A DNA stretch of 22,377 bases. Source: Thermotogota bacterium. Its GTDB lineage: Bacteria > Thermotogota > Thermotogae > Petrotogales > Kosmotogaceae. Under the pieces are notes generated by a model. That model was not told where the DNA came from. It saw only the letters and a program-made list of their open reading frames with translations, and did no database searches. The position numbers and the translations under genes are program-made. The stretch spans positions 1 through 22,377 of the forward strand of contig JAYEJL010000019.1 in assembly GCA_034660555.1 (NCBI GenBank). The letters are read 5' to 3'. Numbering within the stretch: the first letter of the stretch is position 1; every line of letters starts with the position of its first letter. Positions 17,117 to 22,377 of the stretch are shown one piece after another.

Positions 17117-19186
17117 ATGGAAAATATTCCTGTTGAAGAGAAAAGAAATGTCGTTTTTATTGGGCATCATGGATGTGGTAAAACACATCTTATTGATTCA
17201 TTGTTATTAACAGAGAACCTTGTTGAGAAAAGCGGTGTGCGATTAACTGATTCAGAGAAGATTGAAAAGGAAAGAAGTGCAAGTTTTTCTTTAGGAGTAA
17301 CAGGTCTTACGAAAAAAGGGAAAAAAATAAACATTATCGATACACCAGGTATGTCGGATTTTCATGCAGCTGTTTCAAATGGGATCTTTGCCTCAGAAAA
17401 CGCAGTGATTGTAATCAATTCAACTGCGGGAATGGAAGTTCAGGCAGGAAGATTTGGAACAATTGCTAAGGATATGGGGAAAGGTCTTATTGTTTTCTTT
17501 AATATGTTTGATAAAGAACGGGCTGAATATGAAGAAACGCTTGATGAAATTCAAACAGCTTTTGAGAGAAGTCCTGTATTGCTACAATTGCCCATAGGAA
17601 AAGCTGAAAGCTTTAAGGGTATTGTTGATTTAATTGATAAGAAAGCATATATCTATGATGGAGCGTCAGGAAATTACAATGTTGAAGAAATTCCTGAAGA
17701 TATTTCTGATCAGGTAGAAGAAGCTAGAACAAAGATGATTGAAGATATAATAGAGAACGAAGAAGAATTGATGGAAAAGTATTTTGAAGGTGAAGAAATA
17801 ACACAGGATGAGTTAAGAAATACATTAAGAAAAGCCTATATAGATAATCAAATAATTCCGATAGCATTTGGATCAGCTGCGAAGAATATAGGTGCGGATC
17901 CATTACTGGATGTTCTGATCAATTTTGGGAAAACACCATCTGAAGCAGATGAGCTTGATGCAGAATTGTCCAGTGGAGAGAAAATCAAGGTAAAGTTTGC
18001 TGAAGAGGAGCCTTTTGTAGGATATGTTTTCAAGGCAATTGTAGACCCCTTTGTCGGTAAACTTACTTTCGTAAAAGTGGTATCTGGCTCTATTTCTCAA
18101 GGAGAGACCTTTCTAGTTGTTAATGAAGATTCGACAGAAAAAGCGAGTCATATACAGATTACAACCGGTGGTGAAGATGAAGAGATAAAGGAAGCGTCGG
18201 TTGGTGATATCATAAAATTTGCTAAACTCAAGAAAAGTAAAGTTACTGATACATTGGCACACAAAGATAGGCCACTTAGGGTTGTTTCACCGGTAATGCC
18301 TGAACCGATGTTATCTCGTTCAATTCAGGCAAAGACAAAGTCCGATATAGACAAAATCAGTAATGGACTTTCAAGACTTTCAGAATCTGATCCCACCTTT
18401 ACCTGGGAGCATGACGCTGAAACCGCTGAAACAGTTATTTCAGGGTTGGGTGGTATTCATCTTGATGTAATGGTTGAGAGACTAAAAAAGTTATTCTCCG
18501 TCGATGTTGAAGTTGGAAAGCCCAAAATAGCTTACAGAGAAACACTAAAGAAGAAAGTTACTACAGAATACAAGCATAAGAAGCAAACAGGGGGACACGG
18601 TCAATACGGACATGTACAGATGGAAATTGAACCACTGGAAAGAGGAGAAGGATTTGAATTTGTTGATAAAATAGTTGGAGGGGTAATCCCTAAAAATTAC
18701 ATTCCCGCAGTTGAAAAGGGAGTCAAAGAAGCCATGAAAAATGGTGTTGTTGCGGGATATCCTGTTGTAGATGTAAGGGTAACGCTAGTTTATGGGTCTT
18801 ATCATGATGTTGACTCTTCCGATATGAGTTTTCAGGTAGCAGCCGTACATGCTTTTAAGGATGGTATGAAAAAAGCTGATCCGGTTATTCTTGAACCCAT
18901 AATGGAAGCTGAAATATTCGTTCCCGATGACAGTGCAGGAGACATTATGGGAGAAGTTACATCAAGAAGGGGCAGACCACTTGGAATGGAACCACAGGGA
19001 AAAGGATTGAGCAAAATAAGCGCTCATGTTCCCTTATCTGAGATGCTAGACTTCTCCAGCAAATTAAATTCGTTAACAAGTGGCAGAGGTTATTTTACTA
19101 TGAAGTTCAGCGGATATCAGGAAACACCTTCCGATGTACAAGAAAAAATAATTGTCGAGCGTGAACGAGAAGAAGAGAACAAGTGA
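17117..19186 (+). CDS. fusA: Elongation factor G paralog (EF-G II / EF-G-like)
   Basis: Full five-domain EF-G length with domain IV motifs KKQTGGHGQYGHV and GSYHDVDSS. Divergent G domain (GHHGCGKT, DTPGM, NMFD). Not next to rpsL/rpsG/tuf. Confidence 0.93.
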   Translation: MENIPVEEKRNVVFIGHHGCGKTHLIDSLLLTENLVEKSGVRLTDSEKIEKERSASFSLGVTGLTKKGKKINIIDTPGMSDFHAAVSNGIFASENAVIVINSTAGMEVQAGRFGTIAKDMGKGLIVFFNMFDKERAEYEETLDEIQTAFERSPVLLQLPIGKAESFKGIVDLIDKKAYIYDGASGNYNVEEIPEDISDQVEEARTKMIEDIIENEEELMEKYFEGEEITQDELRNTLRKAYIDNQIIPIAFGSAAKNIGADPLLDVLINFGKTPSEADELDAELSSGEKIKVKFAEEEPFVGYVFKAIVDPFVGKLTFVKVVSGSISQGETFLVVNEDSTEKASHIQITTGGEDEEIKEASVGDIIKFAKLKKSKVTDTLAHKDRPLRVVSPVMPEPMLSRSIQAKTKSDIDKISNGLSRLSESDPTFTWEHDAETAETVISGLGGIHLDVMVERLKKLFSVDVEVGKPKIAYRETLKKKVTTEYKHKKQTGGHGQYGHVQMEIEPLERGEGFEFVDKIVGGVIPKNYIPAVEKGVKEAMKNGVVAGYPVVDVRVTLVYGSYHDVDSSDMSFQVAAVHAFKDGMKKADPVILEPIMEAEIFVPDDSAGDIMGEVTSRRGRPLGMEPQGKGLSKISAHVPLSEMLDFSSKLNSLTSGRGYFTMKFSGYQETPSDVQEKIIVEREREEENK

Positions 19187-19196
19187 TTTTTCATTT

Positions 19197-19220
19197 AGAG
19201 GGGCTTTAGTGCCCTTTTTT
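19197..19220 (+). terminator. Intrinsic terminator after EF-G2
   Basis: AGAGGGGC-TTTAGT-GCCCTTTTTT, 10 nt after the stop codon. Confidence 0.7.
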
Positions 19221-19288
19221 GTATTTGGTAATAATATAAACATAACCAAGAGGATAAAGATTGTAAAACGAGCTGGAGTGAGAACATT

Positions 19289-19570
19289 ATGCATTTCGGA
19301 TACAACACCTTCTCAATAAGATTAAGAGGCGTAAAGTCACTGAAAGAAAAAAGAAGTATAGTAAAGAGACTGATAAACGATCTAAGAAAAAACTTCAACG
19401 CGTCAATTGTTGAAACGGGAGTTCATGATTCAAAAAGGGAACTTGAAATAACAATTGGGATGATTGCAAATTCAAAATCTGAGATGGATTCTTTGTTCGA
19501 ATCAGTTGAGAATAGGGTTACTGAATGGAATGCGCTAGAAGTTTTCAATGTTTTTAGTGAGGTCTGGTAA
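19289..19570 (+). CDS. DUF503 (YlxP-like) family protein
   Basis: SLKEKRSIVKRLI...KNFNASIVE..HD motif, 93 aa. Confidence 0.9.
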   Translation: MHFGYNTFSIRLRGVKSLKEKRSIVKRLINDLRKNFNASIVETGVHDSKRELEITIGMIANSKSEMDSLFESVENRVTEWNALEVFNVFSEVW

Positions 19571-19603
19571 AAATTGATATATCTGTCTATTTTAGGGAAA
19601 TAA

Positions 19604-20176
19604 ATGAATGATGAACGAGTTTTTTCATATCTCATCAATTTGTTGAAAAAAATTGTTTCAAAAGAACGATTGCAGCATATATTGGGAACATCGGAACTGG
19701 CCAATACGCTTTCAATAATTTACGATACTAACAGTAATTATGCCAAAATGGCTTCACTTGGACATGATTTGTTTAGAGAGATAGAGCCCTATAGATTATT
19801 ATTAATGTTCAGGGGTTATGGAAAAAAAGAAAACAAATTTGAACGGAAGAAACCTGTACTTTTGCATGGAAAAGTTGCAGCTCTTTATCTAAAGAAGCGA
19901 TTTGATATTCATGAAGATGTCCTAGACGCCATTTACTGGCATGTCACAGGTCACAGAAAACTCAGTAGAATTGGTAAGATTCTAATGATTGCTGATATAG
20001 CTGAAGAAAATAGGCCCTTTCCTATAAGTAAAAAAATTAGAGAGACAGCATTTGAAGATCTTGATAGAGCCTATAAGATGACATTATATTATAAAATAGA
20101 GTGGGCGTTGAAAGATAAAACATTTTTACTTCCAGAGATCGTAGAAACATGGAATTATATTCAAGGAGGTGCCTAA
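19604..20176 (+). CDS. yqeK: HD-domain Ap4A hydrolase YqeK
   Basis: RLQH, GHDL, LLHGKVAA, AIYWHVTG and IADIAEENRPF match YqeK motifs; upstream of LCP genes. Confidence 0.85.
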   Translation: MNDERVFSYLINLLKKIVSKERLQHILGTSELANTLSIIYDTNSNYAKMASLGHDLFREIEPYRLLLMFRGYGKKENKFERKKPVLLHGKVAALYLKKRFDIHEDVLDAIYWHVTGHRKLSRIGKILMIADIAEENRPFPISKKIRETAFEDLDRAYKMTLYYKIEWALKDKTFLLPEIVETWNYIQGGA

Positions 20177-20177
20177 A

Positions 20178-20891
20178 GTGCCTGCCATAAAAGTAAAAAG
20201 AAAGAAAAAAAAGAAAGGAAGACCAATCCTAATATTAATAATAATACTGGCTTTGGTAATTGCTGGTTTTTATATTTATTATATGATTTCAAGGGTTAGG
20301 AACAGTGAAATTTTCAATGCAGAGAGCATAGATTATTTGATTCTATGTGAACAGGAAGAAAGTATCTCAAATTTCTATTTTGTTAGAACCAAAAAAGATA
20401 AGGTACTTGCTGTTGAGATACCTATATTTGCTTCACTTCACGGCAATGACACACTTGCTAAAGGTGATGTAGGTAAGGCACTTCAGACAATTGATGAATG
20501 GCTTGGTATCAATGCTGAATATGAATACTACTTTTCTTTGGATGAAAAAACATTAAAAGTACTCTCCAGTACTTTGGGAAGTGAAGCAGAAGACATGAAT
20601 GCTATGTTAGATTTGCTTTCTGAAAGAGGTTTAAAGTTTTTTGACTACTGGAAACTAGGAGATTTTGAAGGAATTTTAAGAGAAAACAATAACAATGCAA
20701 AAATTAGTTCAGCAGCAATTGCAGCATTTTTGGATAGGGCGACAAACTTAAAAAGAGAATCCTATAAATTAAAGGGAATGACAAATAGGCCAATAGAGAT
20801 TTTTGTATCAACCAGTAGTGAACCAGTAGAAAAAATCTACATTGACACAGACTCCTTAAATGATCTGAGGAAGCAACTTGAAGAATGGTAA
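20178..20891 (+). CDS. Membrane-anchored protein, probable degenerate LCP-fold paralog
   Basis: Polybasic N-terminus, one TM, then an LCP-like order of elements lacking the catalytic motifs. Start placed at GTG 20178 after AAGGAGGTG. The CDS is secure; the fold is inferred. Confidence 0.6.
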   Translation: MPAIKVKRKKKKKGRPILILIIILALVIAGFYIYYMISRVRNSEIFNAESIDYLILCEQEESISNFYFVRTKKDKVLAVEIPIFASLHGNDTLAKGDVGKALQTIDEWLGINAEYEYYFSLDEKTLKVLSSTLGSEAEDMNAMLDLLSERGLKFFDYWKLGDFEGILRENNNNAKISSAAIAAFLDRATNLKRESYKLKGMTNRPIEIFVSTSSEPVEKIYIDTDSLNDLRKQLEEW

Positions 20892-22063
20892 AGTTATTAC
20901 GTTACCTAATAACCGTAACAGCTTTATTTGTTCTCTGTTCTTGTATCTTTTTAACAGTAAAGTCCTTCGTAAATTACTTTGAAGAACAGAGTCTAGATGA
21001 AAGTGCTGGTTTTATAATTGTTGGTAAAGATTCTGGCGGGAAACTTTCTTCAGGTGGACGTACCGATTTCATTGTTACTCTGAAAAAAAATGAAGAGGAT
21101 GAATTCGAAATTGTAAGTATTCCTCGAGATACCCTGGTTAAGGTGGAAGGAGAAGAACATAAAATAAACTCAATCTACCTGAGCTATGGAATCGACGTAC
21201 TTGCTGAGACTATCAAAGAGCTAGTTAATGTTGATGTAATCGCGGGATATATGATACTTGATTTTGAAACGGTAATAGAGATAACGGAATTCACAGGTCC
21301 AGTTGATGTTCTTGTAAAAGATGCCATGCATCATGATGATTTTCAGCAAGATCTCCATATACATTTCGAAAAGGGCTACCATAAATTAAAAGGAGAACAA
21401 CTACTCAATTATTTGAGATTCCGCTCTGACAGTGAAGGTGATTTGGGTAGAATAGAAAGACAGAAAGAGGTATTAAAAAAGCTGGTAGAAAAAATCTTTA
21501 GTCTTGATATTAAAAACATGTATAGAACAGCTAGTTTTATTATGAATAAAACTGAGAATGAGTTTGATTTTGTACCATTGATAAGTTTGATGTATTCATT
21601 TGTAACGAATAAGTCTGGTTTAACGATAAATACTCTTCCTTACAGAATAGATGAAAATGGAAACGTTATTCCAATAGTAGAAAGCCCGGTAATTGATGAA
21701 GAACAGGAACCCAGGATTCTCATAATAAACAATATTCCTGATTTTTCACGATATGGTAATTTTTCACAGATTGTAAAGGGTCAATGGAGAAAAAGAACGG
21801 GTTTAGAGGTTTTAACCTGTGATAAGATTCCTGAGCTTGAGATATTTGAGAAAAGAAAAACCTATGCTTTTCTTAACAATGAAAACTTTGATTTAACAAA
21901 AATGCTCAAAACTGCGCAACCATATCATAGTGCTGAATACTTTGTAACCTATGAACTAGAAGGATTGGGTTTGTATTATCGTTTAAGAGAATGGATAGCA
22001 GATCAGAATATTTATTTCGATTACTTTGATGCCATAATACTGCTTGGTGTCTCTCAAACCTGA
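20885..22063 (+). CDS. LCP (LytR-CpsA-Psr) family phosphotransferase with C-terminal extra domain
   Basis: N-terminal TM; VGKD, GRTD, SIPRDT, KINSIY, YLRFR, GDLGRIERQ. Confidence 0.92.
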   Translation: MVKLLRYLITVTALFVLCSCIFLTVKSFVNYFEEQSLDESAGFIIVGKDSGGKLSSGGRTDFIVTLKKNEEDEFEIVSIPRDTLVKVEGEEHKINSIYLSYGIDVLAETIKELVNVDVIAGYMILDFETVIEITEFTGPVDVLVKDAMHHDDFQQDLHIHFEKGYHKLKGEQLLNYLRFRSDSEGDLGRIERQKEVLKKLVEKIFSLDIKNMYRTASFIMNKTENEFDFVPLISLMYSFVTNKSGLTINTLPYRIDENGNVIPIVESPVIDEEQEPRILIINNIPDFSRYGNFSQIVKGQWRKRTGLEVLTCDKIPELEIFEKRKTYAFLNNENFDLTKMLKTAQPYHSAEYFVTYELEGLGLYYRLREWIADQNIYFDYFDAIILLGVSQT

Positions 22064-22064
22064 G

Positions 22065-22377
22065 TTAATTAATGAGATTTAGTGTAATCAACTGCCTAAT
22101 AATAGACAGTTGATACTTTTTTTGGTTGATTATTACAGTGTACGAAGCAATGATGTCCAGTGGAGGTGCACCTGTGAGAAGTATAATTAGAGATTTTACT
22201 GGAGAATTTTTTAGAATATTATGCAGTTTTAAAAGATAGCGCGGTGAGATTGCAAATATCACTCTTGTCAGAGCACTTTCAGGTATTACATACCTTGCAT
22301 CCTGTCCAGGAACTTCTTCTTCCAAAATTTTTTCATATAAACCAAATGCCTGTTTTCCAAAATCACCCACAACCTCA
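22065..22377 (-). CDS. ThyX-like (flavin-dependent thymidylate synthase fold) fragment; 5' end outside window, possibly 3'-truncated pseudogene
   Basis: LYEKILEEEVPGQDARYVIPESALTRVIFAISPRYL resembles the ThyX segment Y..L...G...E.AR.VLP....T......N.R.L. Frame is open to the window edge. The last ~40 codons run through the LCP terminator region. Confidence 0.6.
   Translation of the reverse strand, partial: EVVGDFGKQAFGLYEKILEEEVPGQDARYVIPESALTRVIFAISPRYLLKLHNILKNSPVKSLIILLTGAPPLDIIASYTVIINQKKYQLSIIRQLITLNLIN
22087..22123 (+). terminator. Intrinsic terminator after LCP
   Basis: ATCAACTGCCTA-ATAA-TAGACAGTTGAT (one mismatch) followed by AC and T7. Confidence 0.75.

Noticed and set aside
22085..22132. 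Alternative pairing TAATCAAC/GTTGATTA as an antiterminator
   Set aside because: The second arm lies after the T tract, so it would not be transcribed before termination on the plus strand.
1..22377. CRISPR array, IS element, intein, riboswitch or defence system
   Set aside because: No spaced repeats, transposase or oversized proteins seen, and no recognisable riboswitch in the short intergenic regions. This was by eye; a covariance-model scan was not possible.

Overview
AT-rich bacterial chromosomal window, most likely Thermotogota. The assignment rests on a DrrA/HpkA-pdp-EF-G-like gene order and an insertion in the RecA C-terminal domain, both recalled from Thermotoga rather than searched. 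The window is mostly core genome. A partial rex gene (minus strand, absent from the ORF track) diverges from a ~21 kb run of tightly packed plus-strand genes: DUF4416, rimO, pgsA, thpR, recA, recX, rny, tRNA-Thr(CGT), tilS, ftsH, hot-dog thioesterase-like, radical SAM, drrA, hpkA, pdp, phosphodiester glycosidase, EF-G2, DUF503, yqeK, degenerate LCP-like, LCP. The window ends in a convergent ThyX-like fragment that appears to lie at a rearrangement junction. I found no CRISPR array, transposase, integrase, intein or defence system. The most interesting signals are small. The rny Shine-Dalgarno is separated from its start codon by a hairpin. An apparently catalytically dead LCP paralog is coupled to an intact LCP, near a phosphodiester glycosidase. 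The EF-G paralog has degenerate GTPase motifs. A Rex-like operator with 7-bp spacing covers the rex -10 box.
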